Shown: positions 9,159 to 18,899, counted from the first letter of the stretch. The stretch is DNA of 64,000 nucleotides from Candidatus Poribacteria bacterium (GCA_965242965.1 OZ251518.1:4032001-4096000), one strand, 5' to 3'. The notes: generated by a model from the sequence alone, not told the origin. A program made the numbers and translations.

Positions 9159-10238
9159 ATGAACATCAAACCCATGCAGTGGCTCGGTGCCCTTGTGATA
9201 CTCGTCGGCATCTGTGCTGTCACCCTATTTTTTGTCACGCGCCCGGAGAAAGTGCCAGTCCGGAAATACGTGGCAACATCTCAGGGAGAGTCCGATGCAA
9301 CGGAAACGAGCGAAACGCCGAAAGAGCAAACGGACGCGGCACCACAGGACGATACAAAGCGGGCGAAAGACTGGCACTTGTCTAAACTTCACCTTATCGG
9401 AACGGACGAGAACGATGCCTATCGGGCAGCATACAAGAAAGCCATAGAATCTCCCGCTTTTGCTGAATACCGGAAAAAGCAGGATGCGCTATCTCCGGGG
9501 TATAATCTCGGACTCTGGTGGGACTTTCTTGAATCGCAAGGACTCAGTTCCGGTCGGACGGCGCAAGAAAAAAGGTTCCGCGAGCATTTCCCCACAGGGG
9601 AATATGTGGATTACGAACCGATGATGCGCCAACGCCTTGCCGAACGCTTTCTTGAAGCCGGGCTACTCCCTGTCCAAGGCGACGACGAAGAAAGTGCAAT
9701 AGAGACAATCTCTGTCATGCAACAGTTTCGGATAGCAACAAACGAAAACCGTGTCTGGATGCGCGGTTATTTTAATGGCTACGATGGCGACTTGGCGTGG
9801 GCGAAAGACATCCGGCAGAACGCCGCAAGCATTGTTGCAGAGGCAACATCTGAACCTCTAGACGCGGCACAGCCTGCCACAGAACCCAAGTTCCTTGCTG
9901 AGCCAATTCCAACGGACGAAAATCTCTTGGAGAGTCAGCCGCAACCTCCGCTATCTAACGAAGAGGCACCGGTGCCTGAAGCCCTAAAGCCGATGTCACA
10001 AAGCCTCGAAAAAATTGAGGCGGAGTTGCTGAGAACGTTTTCACTTGAAGGCGAAGAAGTAGACGCGAACATTGAAACGTCTCTTCGCGAACAGTTTTCG
10101 TATGAGCGGCTCAACAGCGCGATGCACACCTTGAATCAATACGGTCCCGAAGAGGGGCTCCGTCGTCTCAAGGAAGCCGATCCTGAACTCGCCTCACGCA
10201 TTGAACGCCGCCTACCGAAAAAACCGGAGGACAATTAA
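9159..10238 (+). CDS. Uncharacterised membrane-anchored protein, family A copy 3
   Basis: 359 aa; same conserved blocks as 3267 and 5672. Confidence 0.85.
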   Translation: MNIKPMQWLGALVILVGICAVTLFFVTRPEKVPVRKYVATSQGESDATETSETPKEQTDAAPQDDTKRAKDWHLSKLHLIGTDENDAYRAAYKKAIESPAFAEYRKKQDALSPGYNLGLWWDFLESQGLSSGRTAQEKRFREHFPTGEYVDYEPMMRQRLAERFLEAGLLPVQGDDEESAIETISVMQQFRIATNENRVWMRGYFNGYDGDLAWAKDIRQNAASIVAEATSEPLDAAQPATEPKFLAEPIPTDENLLESQPQPPLSNEEAPVPEALKPMSQSLEKIEAELLRTFSLEGEEVDANIETSLREQFSYERLNSAMHTLNQYGPEEGLRRLKEADPELASRIERRLPKKPEDN

Positions 10239-10275
10239 AATGGTGACTACACTTTTTACACCCGGAGGCTATCTC

Positions 10276-11082
10276 ATGAAGATGCTCACCGTATTCTGCC
10301 TGCTCTGTTTGCATGTCAGCGGCGTGTTCACTGCAGCAGAATATCCGGCATACGAACATGCCGAAATAGAACCTACCTCGCTTGAGAGTGAGACGTTCGA
10401 CGTGTTAAAACGGAGATTCCCAGGCGAGATACTTGATGAGAAACTCAAAACGCTCCGCGAACTCGCCGGGAGCACCGAGTATCTGACGTTTCTCTCGAAA
10501 AGGTATCCTAGCCTTGAGATTAAAGCGTTTGAAGATGTCGCCAACAAGGTCACGCCACCGAAAGAGCGATACTTCCAATTCTTTGACGAACACCTCTACG
10601 TGCCAACCGTAGAAGAAATACAGGATGAGGAACAGTGGGTGATACACCACTTGGCCACAGCGGATTGGTACACCGCGGCATATCAGCGTGGCGGCGACAC
10701 GATCCCAGGGATGCGCAAGGGCGCAGTTTCCCGGCGGGGAACGCTGATTGTTACCAAGCCTATTGGGAGGAAGGTGCTCGAACACCGCCTCTTTATTGAC
10801 TCAACTCATGAGAAACTCACACCGGAGGATTGGGGCACCGTATTAGTCATCTTCCGGCACCTGGTTTCTCTCACCCATTCACATCTCGATGAGGATGTCC
10901 GGTGGATAAAAATGCTGTTTGAAAAACACGGGCAATCCGAGGGGATGTTGTGGGTGGCCATCCGAGATCCGATTTTGTTGGATCGGCTTCTCTACGCGTT
11001 CAGTACGGACACGACGTTCCTCAAATGTCTTTACGAGCCGAAAGGGAAAGAAGCACCGGAGGCATCCAAGCCAGGGGATTAA
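10276..11082 (+). CDS. Uncharacterised secreted protein, family B copy 3
   Basis: Start moved to MKMLTVFCLL (GGAGG RBS; aligns with paralogue starts); 268 aa. Confidence 0.85.
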   Translation: MKMLTVFCLLCLHVSGVFTAAEYPAYEHAEIEPTSLESETFDVLKRRFPGEILDEKLKTLRELAGSTEYLTFLSKRYPSLEIKAFEDVANKVTPPKERYFQFFDEHLYVPTVEEIQDEEQWVIHHLATADWYTAAYQRGGDTIPGMRKGAVSRRGTLIVTKPIGRKVLEHRLFIDSTHEKLTPEDWGTVLVIFRHLVSLTHSHLDEDVRWIKMLFEKHGQSEGMLWVAIRDPILLDRLLYAFSTDTTFLKCLYEPKGKEAPEASKPGD

Positions 11083-11083
11083 C

Positions 11084-11416
11084 GGAGGGTTTTCATAATT
11101 CGATGCGTTCGGTAGGAGAGCCCTCCGGGTCTTGATGTCTTCCCGTAGCGCGGTTGCCTGTCCCCCGCGAACTCCATCGTCCCGATGTGTGTTTCCGCCG
11201 CTGTAGTTTGTGATCGCCTGATCACAAACAGGTCAGGATCAGGCGATCCTGACTTACAGGGGTGATGCGTTCTGACACCAAAACGCATGGCGAGGGGAAC
11301 CCGCTCGCATGCGCGTGTGGCATCCGAGGGCCCTCGCCCTACGGTGAGGGAGGGCGTTTTTTCTCGTAGCGCGGGGGCATGTCACCGCGACGTTGAACGA
11401 TTTATGAAACACCCTC
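11084..11416. mobile_element. MITE-like REP-mosaic element (degenerate left end)
   Basis: GGAGGGTTTTCAT...ATGAAACACCCTC with REP interior. Confidence 0.65.
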
Positions 11417-11436
11417 ATTTTAATGCACTATTTTCC

Positions 11437-11466
11437 TTGACAAACAATCTATTTTTGTGTTAAAAT
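11437..11466 (+). promoter_or_regulatory. Housekeeping sigma70-type promoter for the ECF gene
   Basis: TTGACA-N18-TAAAAT with TG extended -10. Confidence 0.55.
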
Positions 11467-11485
11467 AAAAAAATCAATCGTTTTT

Positions 11486-11513
11486 GGTACCTTTTGTCCC
11501 AAATCAACGTCTA
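11486..11513 (+). promoter_or_regulatory. ECF-type promoter upstream of the ECF sigma gene (autoregulatory candidate)
   Basis: GGTACC-N16-CGTCTA. Confidence 0.75.
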
Positions 11514-11664
11514 ACGTACCAAAAACGTGCATTTTCGTCGTTTCCTCCACTGCAACGCAGCAGAAGAAATGATGAGGATGCAGAACGGATACTGCAACTG
11601 AGTTGACTAGCAACGCTGTCATAACAATCTGAGTTATCTCACCTCAATATAGGAGGGAAGAGTA

Positions 11665-12423
11665 ATGAACGATGCCGCAGGACGTATCCAAGAATTGGTG
11701 GACAGCGAAGCCGGCCAGGCTTTGCTTTACCGAGAGTCTTACCAAGACGTTTTCCAGACAGCCTACCGTGTCTTGGGAAATTACATGGATGCTGAGGAGA
11801 TTGCCGACGATGCCTTCGTGAAGGCGTTCAATAATCTCCATCAGCTCAGTGATATGGCAAAATTTCCGGCGTGGTTAAAAACCATCGCGCGCAATCTTGC
11901 CGTGGATAGACTTCGTGCAGCCAAACATCGGGGCAATCACGTCCCGTTTGACGACACGCAGTCGCGCTATATTGGAGACGCAGTCGATTACCGCTCTACC
12001 GAACAGTGCGCCATCCGGCGGACGCGGGTTACGCTGCAAAACCGCTTGCTTCGCTTGATGCCGCCGAAAGACCGGCAGGTGATGGAACTCCACTATCTTG
12101 AAGGTAAAACCTACATGAAGATAGCGGAGGTAATCGGCGCGACAGAGAGAGCTGTCGGGAATCGGGTGAGACGGGCGCGAAGGTTTTTGAAAATCGTCGC
12201 TAACGAGATTGATGACTGGTTCCTCGCCCTGAAGGATGACCCGACAAAGGCACTCGATCTGCTTGCTGTCATCCCACCGGACGAAGCGAGGATGACAGAA
12301 TTGTATCTGTTGGACCAGTGCTCTCTCGCCGAAACCGCGAAGTCCCTACATGTCTCGCCGCGAGACATCGTGAAGGGTTTGAAACACGCGGTGAAGCAGT
12401 GGAAAATCCGCATCGAAAGTTAG
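11665..12423 (+). CDS. ECF-family RNA polymerase sigma factor with C-terminal extension
   Basis: Region 2 (DAEEIADDAFVKAF...FPAWLKTIARNLAVD), region 4 (MPPKDRQVMELHYLEGKTYMKIAEVIG...VRRARR), plus a second region-4-like segment. Confidence 0.9.
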   Translation: MNDAAGRIQELVDSEAGQALLYRESYQDVFQTAYRVLGNYMDAEEIADDAFVKAFNNLHQLSDMAKFPAWLKTIARNLAVDRLRAAKHRGNHVPFDDTQSRYIGDAVDYRSTEQCAIRRTRVTLQNRLLRLMPPKDRQVMELHYLEGKTYMKIAEVIGATERAVGNRVRRARRFLKIVANEIDDWFLALKDDPTKALDLLAVIPPDEARMTELYLLDQCSLAETAKSLHVSPRDIVKGLKHAVKQWKIRIES

Positions 12424-12491
12424 GAGGTTTGAAGTGAGTCTTGTCACTCAAAACAGAGGGAATGGCCGATGTATCGGGACACCCTCACCGT

Positions 12492-12529
12492 AAAAAGGCA
12501 GCGTCAAACGCGTGACGCTGCCTTTTTTT
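12492..12529. terminator. Bidirectional intrinsic terminator
   Basis: AAAAAGGCAGCGTCA-aacgcg-TGACGCTGCCTTTTTTT. Confidence 0.85.
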
Positions 12530-12546
12530 GTCATTGAAGAAGAAAT

Positions 12547-13166
12547 TCGAGACCGGGAGGTCTCTCCTACCTAGAGGGCATCGAGACCGGGAGGTCCCTC
12601 CTATCCAAAGGATGCACTGCATTTCGCACGCTAATCCCGTAAATCCGCGCTACGGTGAAAAAACGCCTTCTCTTCACGTAGGGCGAGGGCCCTCGCATGC
12701 CACACGCGCATGCGAGCGGGTTTCCCTCGCCATCGTCCGCGCTACGGAAAAAACGTTTCTTCAGGTCCTTTAGGTCCTGAATGTCTATAGCAGGCGCGAA
12801 CGCGAAGAACGCTAAGGTCCTTTAGGTCCTTAATGTGTTTTGCCATGTCCGCGTGTTTTCTATTAAGGACCTAAAGGACCTTGCCGTGAGACCTGCACGT
12901 TTTTCTATAGACATGTAGGACCTAAAGGACCTAAAACGCCATCTCGTGACGATGGAGATCGCGGGGGACAGGCCCCCGCACTACGAAAAAAAACGGTTCT
13001 TGAGCCATCGCGGGGGAAACCCTCTCGGATGCGCGTGTGGCATCCGAGGGCCCCCGCGCTACGGAGATACATCGAGACCGGGAGGTCTCTCCTACCTGGA
13101 GGGCATCGAGACCAGGAGGTCTCTCCTACCAGGAAGGCATCGAGACCGGGAGGTCTCTCCTACCGG
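12547..13166. repeat. REP mosaic including an inverted homologue of the 948-1116 AGGWCC element and tandem TCGAGACCGGGAGGTCTCTCCTAC units
   Basis: Direct sequence comparison with 699-1566. Confidence 0.85.
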
Positions 13167-13338
13167 AATGCATCCAAACGGTTCACTAAATCGCCGCCGA
13201 ATTAAAAAAATTTGCAATTTCCCTCAGTATCGTGTAAAATATTAACGTAATCCGCGCTTTGAGTCACAAAAAGCGTAAAATTCTTAAAACAAGCAAAAAG
13301 CCGGGCCGTTAGGACCGGAATGTCTATAGGAAACCGTA

Positions 13339-15132
13339 ATGCGTGAACCCAATCAACCCGACAATGCCGAGTATCTACAACGGCTGCGTCATTCCACGGC
13401 GCATATCATGGCGTATGCCGTGCAGCAACTTTTTCCGGATGGCGAAACCAGCGTGAAATTGGCGATCGGTCCGCCTATTGAGAACGAGTTCTATTACGAT
13501 ATGGAGGTGCCGCGTCCGATTACGCCCGACGATTTTCCCGAAATTGAACGGCACATGAAGGCGATGATTAAAGCCAACGTGCCGTTCCAGCAGGAGGACT
13601 GGGATTACGACGCGGCGCGCAACTGGTTCGCCGAACGCGACCAGAAGTTCAAACTTGAACTGATTGACGGCATTTCTGACCGGAACGTCAGCGCGACTGA
13701 CGAAGGTGTCGCCGACGAAGGCGTGTCTATCTATCACAACGGCGATTTCACCGATCTCTGCAAGGGACCGCACGTTGCTACCACCAGTGAGTGTCGTCAC
13801 TTCAAACTGCTCCGCGTCTCCGGTGCTTATTGGCGCGGCGATAGCAATCGTGAGCAGTTACAGCGGATTTACGGCACCGCCTGGGAGACGAAGGCTGACT
13901 TGTCAGCCTACTTGACACAGCGCGAGGAAGCGGCGAAGCGAGATCATCGGAAATTGGGGCGCGAATTGGAACTGTTCCAGATGCATCCGGAATCGCCGGG
14001 CAGCGCGTTTTGGCTGCCCAAAGGCGCGCTCATCTACAACATCTTGTCGGAAAAAGTGCGGAAACTCTATCTCAGCGAAGGCTATCAAGAGGTGCGCACA
14101 CCGCTCATTTACGACAGTAGTCTCTGGGAAACCTCCGGGCATTGGGAACATTTCAAGGAGGATATGTTCGTCATTGAGAGCGGCGAGGGTGAACCGGTAA
14201 ACGCGCTCAAACCGATGAACTGTCCCGCGCACATGCTGATTTATCGCAGCAAACGCCACAGTTACCGCGATTTGCCCTACCGTCTGCATGACCAGGGTGT
14301 GTTGCATCGGAACGAAGCGACAGGAACGTTGAGCGGGCTCTCGCGCGTGCGGCAGATGTGCCAAGATGACGCGCATAACTTCATCACCGAAGCACAAATC
14401 GCCGAGGAATATGAACGCATACTCGGGCTCTTCCAGCGGATTTACGGCACGTTTGATCTGCCGTTCCGCTGTAATTTAAGCACTCGTAACCCTGACAAGT
14501 TCATGGGCGATGTTGAGGTGTGGAACCACGCCGAAGCGATGCTGGAAGATGTGCTGAAAAACAACCAGATTGTCTACACGGTGGAACCGGGCGAGGCGGC
14601 GTTTTACGGGCCGAAACTTGATTTCCAGGTCAAGGATTCGCTCAACCGCGAGGTGCAATGCGCCACCGTGCAACTTGACTTCCAACTGCCGGAACGTTTT
14701 GAGTTGATTTACGTCGCGCAGGATGGCAGTGAAAAGCGGCCTGTCGTCGTGCATCGCGCGCTGTGCGGCAGTTTTGAACGCTTCATCGCGATGCTGATTG
14801 AGCATTACGCAGGGGCATTTCCGACCTGGCTCTCGCCGGTGCAGTGCGTCGTGATGACTATCAGTGAACGCTTCGTCGACTACGGCAGAGAGGTGCAGCA
14901 GTTGCTGTTGCAAAAAGGTTGCCGTGTTGAATTAAACGGTAGTGACGACAAAATCGGCGCGAAAATTCGGCTGGCGCGCTTGGAGCGCGTGCCTTACATG
15001 CTTATCATCGGGGGGCGCGAACAGGAAAACCGCACCGTCAGCGTTCGCAGCCGCGATGAAGGTGACCTCGGCGCGATGCCGCTTGCCGCCTTTGTTGATA
15101 AATTCGCCGCCGAAGCCGATTTGGATTTTTGA
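13339..15132 (+). CDS. thrS: Threonine--tRNA ligase (short form)
   Basis: LRHSTAH, DLCKGPH, RDHRKLG, KPMNCP, GEAAFYGPK, anticodon-binding C-terminus. Confidence 0.97.
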   Translation: MREPNQPDNAEYLQRLRHSTAHIMAYAVQQLFPDGETSVKLAIGPPIENEFYYDMEVPRPITPDDFPEIERHMKAMIKANVPFQQEDWDYDAARNWFAERDQKFKLELIDGISDRNVSATDEGVADEGVSIYHNGDFTDLCKGPHVATTSECRHFKLLRVSGAYWRGDSNREQLQRIYGTAWETKADLSAYLTQREEAAKRDHRKLGRELELFQMHPESPGSAFWLPKGALIYNILSEKVRKLYLSEGYQEVRTPLIYDSSLWETSGHWEHFKEDMFVIESGEGEPVNALKPMNCPAHMLIYRSKRHSYRDLPYRLHDQGVLHRNEATGTLSGLSRVRQMCQDDAHNFITEAQIAEEYERILGLFQRIYGTFDLPFRCNLSTRNPDKFMGDVEVWNHAEAMLEDVLKNNQIVYTVEPGEAAFYGPKLDFQVKDSLNREVQCATVQLDFQLPERFELIYVAQDGSEKRPVVVHRALCGSFERFIAMLIEHYAGAFPTWLSPVQCVVMTISERFVDYGREVQQLLLQKGCRVELNGSDDKIGAKIRLARLERVPYMLIIGGREQENRTVSVRSRDEGDLGAMPLAAFVDKFAAEADLDF

Positions 15133-15443
15133 TGTTGATGCACTTAAGTCGCTCCTGTCCGTAGGGCAGTGGGAAAACCTGTCCCTCGCTAGGCTTGGGA
15201 CGTGTCTTACCGTAGGGCGAGGGCCTGTCCCTCGCCATGCTGCTGTCTACCGAACGATCGCGGGGGAAACCCGCTCGGATGCGCGTGTGGCATCCGAGGG
15301 CCCCCGCGCTACGGGAAAAATAACGTCAATAGTCCGCGGGGGCCTGTTCCCCGCGCTACGTGATACGCAGGCAAACGCCTGCATAAAGTAAAGATAAGGG
15401 CGGGTTTCTATAGCCGCCCGCATAAAATAAAGGAATACATCAG

Positions 15444-16046
15444 ATGAATAAAATTTTGACATACCCGATACTACTCGGACTCATCCTTCTCATCGGGTGC
15501 AGTCCCGCGAAACAGGTAACGCGCGTCGATAGCGATACCACCATCGATCTTTCCGGCCGTTGGAACGACACCGATTCCCGCATGGTAGCGGAGGGCATCA
15601 TCGGTGACTGTTTGAGCCATCCGTGGCTGACTGAGCACATGGTAGACGCTTCGGCGAAACCGGTCGTCATCGTCGGCGGCATTCGGAATAAGAGCATGGA
15701 GCATATCGCTGTGCAGACATTCATCAGCGATATTGAGCGGGCTTTTATCAATTCCGGCAAGGTTCGCCCGGTGTCAGGTGCCAGTGAGCGTGGTGAAATC
15801 CGAGAGGAACGCGCCGACCAGGGCGAATTCGCCGCCATCGAAACCATCAAACGGATGGGAAGAGAACTCGGTGCCGATTACATGATGACAGGCGAGATCA
15901 ACACCATCGAAGACCGGGAGGGTGGAGACCAGGTTATGTTCTATCAGACAGATTTGACGTTGACGAACATCGAAACCAACGAAAAAGTCTGGATCGGGCA
16001 GGAAAAGATAAAGAAGTTCATTGGGCGCGGCAAGTTTAAGATGTAG
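15444..16046 (+). CDS. LpoB-like (penicillin-binding protein activator / CsgG-fold) lipoprotein
   Basis: Lipobox LIGC; DLSGRWNDTD, IRNKSMEHI, GADYMMTG, YQTDLTL...EKVW. Confidence 0.75.
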   Translation: MNKILTYPILLGLILLIGCSPAKQVTRVDSDTTIDLSGRWNDTDSRMVAEGIIGDCLSHPWLTEHMVDASAKPVVIVGGIRNKSMEHIAVQTFISDIERAFINSGKVRPVSGASERGEIREERADQGEFAAIETIKRMGRELGADYMMTGEINTIEDREGGDQVMFYQTDLTLTNIETNEKVWIGQEKIKKFIGRGKFKM

Positions 16047-16059
16047 CCGTGTTTGCGGT

Positions 16060-16330
16060 CGGAGAGACATCGGCACCCGATGCAGCCGCCGGTAGGAGAG
16101 ACCTCCCGGTCTCGATTTTTAAACATATCGGGACAAGGATGTCCCTCCTACTGAAAAACGCACTGCCGCGGAGAAACGCCGGTAGGAGAGACCTCCCGGT
16201 CTCGATGCACATCGTATCGGAAGAACACCGTATCGGGACAAGGATGTCCCTCCTACGGGAGTCGGGACAAGGATGTCCCTCCTACTGGCGCACAACGAAC
16301 CCCGTAGACGCGGTTTGAAACCGTGCCTAC
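16060..16330. repeat. REP cluster
   Basis: 3x TCGGGACAAGGATGTCCCTCCTAC, 2x GTAGGAGAGACCTCCCGGTCTCGAT and one GTAGACGCGGTTTGAAACCGTGCCTAC. Confidence 0.85.
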
Positions 16331-16367
16331 CGGTGGAGAATGATGAAATTTGCGTAACCTGAAAATT

Positions 16368-17723
16368 ATGAGCAAAACATTACCGATTCTGTTATCCCTG
16401 TGCTTCTTGCTGGCGATAGGCTGTAGTCCCTATAACATGCAAGAACTCCGTGTTTCAATGGAGACTGGGGACTACGCGCAAGCCTACACAAAACTGAAGG
16501 AACAGGCGGCGAAGAAGGCAGATATCCCGCTGCTCTTTGAGTTTGGGTTGGTTGCGCATTACGCGAACCAGTTCACAGATAGCAACAATGCCCTTGAAGA
16601 CGCAGAAGGTATCGCGGATGACAGGTGGACGAGGAGTCTTTCAAAAGAGGCAATCTCGCTTGTTACCTCCGATAAGGTGCGTCCATATCCCGGCAAACGT
16701 TATGAGCGGCTTTTGGGCTACTACTATCAGATTCTCAACTACATTTACCTCAATCAATTTGACGGGGCACTCGTAGAATGCCGCCAAGCGGCAGGCATTA
16801 TCAACGCGTTCAAAAATGATGTCAAGGACTATGATTTCTTCGGTAGTGCGTTTTCTGCACATCTGTCTGCTATGGTTTTTGAAGCCACCGGTGAGTGGAA
16901 CGATGCTTTCATCTCTTACCGGCAGGCAGAGGAATACTATCAAAATGCCGCCGAGAAGACAGAGGTGTCACCGCCTGAAGATGTTGGCAAGGCTCTCGTC
17001 AGATTGTCACGCAAGTTGGGATTCACCGATTTTGTTGAACGTTACCAAAAACAGTATGGCGAACCGCTTGAGCATCCTGAGGAGCACGGCGAACTCATCC
17101 TCTTTTACGAGACCGGGTATGTGCCGTCCAAGACAGAAAGTAATCTGATATTTCCCATTCTGAAAACGGATAAGTTTGACGAAGACGATGAGGAGCTTGA
17201 CAAGTTTATCCCGACGCTTTTAGGGCGCGAGGGAAAAACCTATCCGGAGGTTGAATTGGAATATCTCCTGCGCGTCGCAATGCCGACAATTGACTCAAAA
17301 CGTCCGCAATTCGCTGGGATTCAGGTGCAGGTTGGCGACGCGAAAGCGAGGGGCATTTTGGTAGAAGATGTAGAGAAAATCGCGCTAGAAACCTTTGAAG
17401 CCGAGTATCCCGTAATTCTCTTCCGAACTTTGTTGCGCGCTTTGGGAAAATACCTCATCTACCGCGAGGCAAACAAGAAAGACGATATTCTTGGAACGCT
17501 TGTGAATCTTGCAGGCGTGTTCACCGAAGGAGCGGATACACGTGCATGGCAGACGCTGCCAAACCAGATACTCATGGTGCGGATGCCTATTCCCGCAGGG
17601 ACGCATACGGTGAACCTCTCGTTTTTAAATCGGAACGGCGGTGTCGCTTCCCGCCATTCCCTTCGGGATGTTGCAATTACGGCGAATCGGATAACCTTTC
17701 TCAATTTCCGAACGTATGAATAG
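16368..17723 (+). CDS. COG3014-like TPR-containing lipoprotein
   Basis: Lipobox AIGC; YPG..YE, ALVECR, ADTRAWQTLP motif; typical neighbour of LpoB-like genes; start uncertain (16350 or 16368). Confidence 0.7.
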   Translation: MSKTLPILLSLCFLLAIGCSPYNMQELRVSMETGDYAQAYTKLKEQAAKKADIPLLFEFGLVAHYANQFTDSNNALEDAEGIADDRWTRSLSKEAISLVTSDKVRPYPGKRYERLLGYYYQILNYIYLNQFDGALVECRQAAGIINAFKNDVKDYDFFGSAFSAHLSAMVFEATGEWNDAFISYRQAEEYYQNAAEKTEVSPPEDVGKALVRLSRKLGFTDFVERYQKQYGEPLEHPEEHGELILFYETGYVPSKTESNLIFPILKTDKFDEDDEELDKFIPTLLGREGKTYPEVELEYLLRVAMPTIDSKRPQFAGIQVQVGDAKARGILVEDVEKIALETFEAEYPVILFRTLLRALGKYLIYREANKKDDILGTLVNLAGVFTEGADTRAWQTLPNQILMVRMPIPAGTHTVNLSFLNRNGGVASRHSLRDVAITANRITFLNFRTYE

Positions 17724-17732
17724 CGCGAGGAC

Positions 17733-18899
17733 ATGACTATGGAACGCATCTATTTAGATTACAACGCCACCACGCCGCTCCGTCCCGAAGTGCGGGATAC
17801 CATGATGCCTTATCTCACTGAGGCATTCGGCAACGGCTCCAGCATTCACGCCTACGGCCGTGAGGCGCGTAACGCCATTGATACCGCTCGCGAACAGGTC
17901 GCCGCGCTCATCGGCGCGAAAAGTCCAAGCGAAATCGTGTTCACCGGCAGCGGCACGGAGGCGGATAACCACGCCATCAAGGGACTGACAGAACTCGAAA
18001 AGAGCCGCGGTAAGGGCAACCATATCATCACCTCGTCTGTAGAACATCACGCCGTGTTGCATACGTGCCACTACCTTGAGCAACGCGGGTTTGAAGTGAC
18101 GTATCTCCCTGTAGACAGGTATGGACGGATTTGCTCGCAGCAACTCCGCGATGCCATTCGCGAGACGACGGTGCTGATATCCATCATGCACGTCAACAAC
18201 GAAAATGGCACCATCCAACCGCTTGAGGAAATTTGCGAGATTGCGCAGGCGCACGGAATTCCGTTGCATACCGATGCCGTGCAATCGGTGGGAAAGTTAG
18301 ATATTGACGTTCAGGCGTTGGGGGTTAACCTGCTGACGTTGTCCGGACATAAGATTTACGGGCCGAAGGGCATCGGCGTGCTTTACATCCGCCGTGGTAC
18401 CCGATTAGCGAATCTCGTCCACGGCGGTTCGCACGAACGCAACCGTCGCGCCGGGTCGGAAAATGTCCCTGCCATCGTAGGGCTCGGCACTGCAGCCGAA
18501 TTGGCGAAACAGGAGCAGAACGCTTACGCCGCGCACCTCCATAACGTAACACAGCGATTGCGCGACGGGTTGGATAAGCACCTCAAGGGGCTTCACTACA
18601 ACGGGCATCCTGAGCATTGCGCACCCGGCACCCTCAACGTCTCCTTTGAAAACGTTGAAGGCGAGAGTCTCATTTTACGGTTAGATATGGAGGGCATCTG
18701 TGTCTCCACCGGCTCTGCCTGCACTTCGGGTTCAATGGAGCCGTCGCATGTGCTGGCGGCATTAGGGTTACCGCCCCGTTTAGCGCAGGGCACAGTCCGC
18801 TTCTCCCTCGGCAGCAGGACGACAGCGGCAGAAATTGACGCGGTCCTCGCAAAATTACCGAAAGTTATCCAGCAGATGCGGGCATTGTATCGTGGTTAA
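17733..18899 (+). CDS. iscS: Cysteine desulfurase (IscS/NifS type)
   Basis: YLDYNATTP, EHHAV, HTDAVQ, SGHKIYGPKG, STGSACTSG. Confidence 0.92.
   Translation: MTMERIYLDYNATTPLRPEVRDTMMPYLTEAFGNGSSIHAYGREARNAIDTAREQVAALIGAKSPSEIVFTGSGTEADNHAIKGLTELEKSRGKGNHIITSSVEHHAVLHTCHYLEQRGFEVTYLPVDRYGRICSQQLRDAIRETTVLISIMHVNNENGTIQPLEEICEIAQAHGIPLHTDAVQSVGKLDIDVQALGVNLLTLSGHKIYGPKGIGVLYIRRGTRLANLVHGGSHERNRRAGSENVPAIVGLGTAAELAKQEQNAYAAHLHNVTQRLRDGLDKHLKGLHYNGHPEHCAPGTLNVSFENVEGESLILRLDMEGICVSTGSACTSGSMEPSHVLAALGLPPRLAQGTVRFSLGSRTTAAEIDAVLAKLPKVIQQMRALYRG

Noticed and set aside
3267-11082. Diversity-generating retroelement explanation for paralogue variation, here and for the lectin array
   Set aside because: No reverse transcriptase in the window and no template/variable repeat pair differing only at adenines; the shared block is fully identical.
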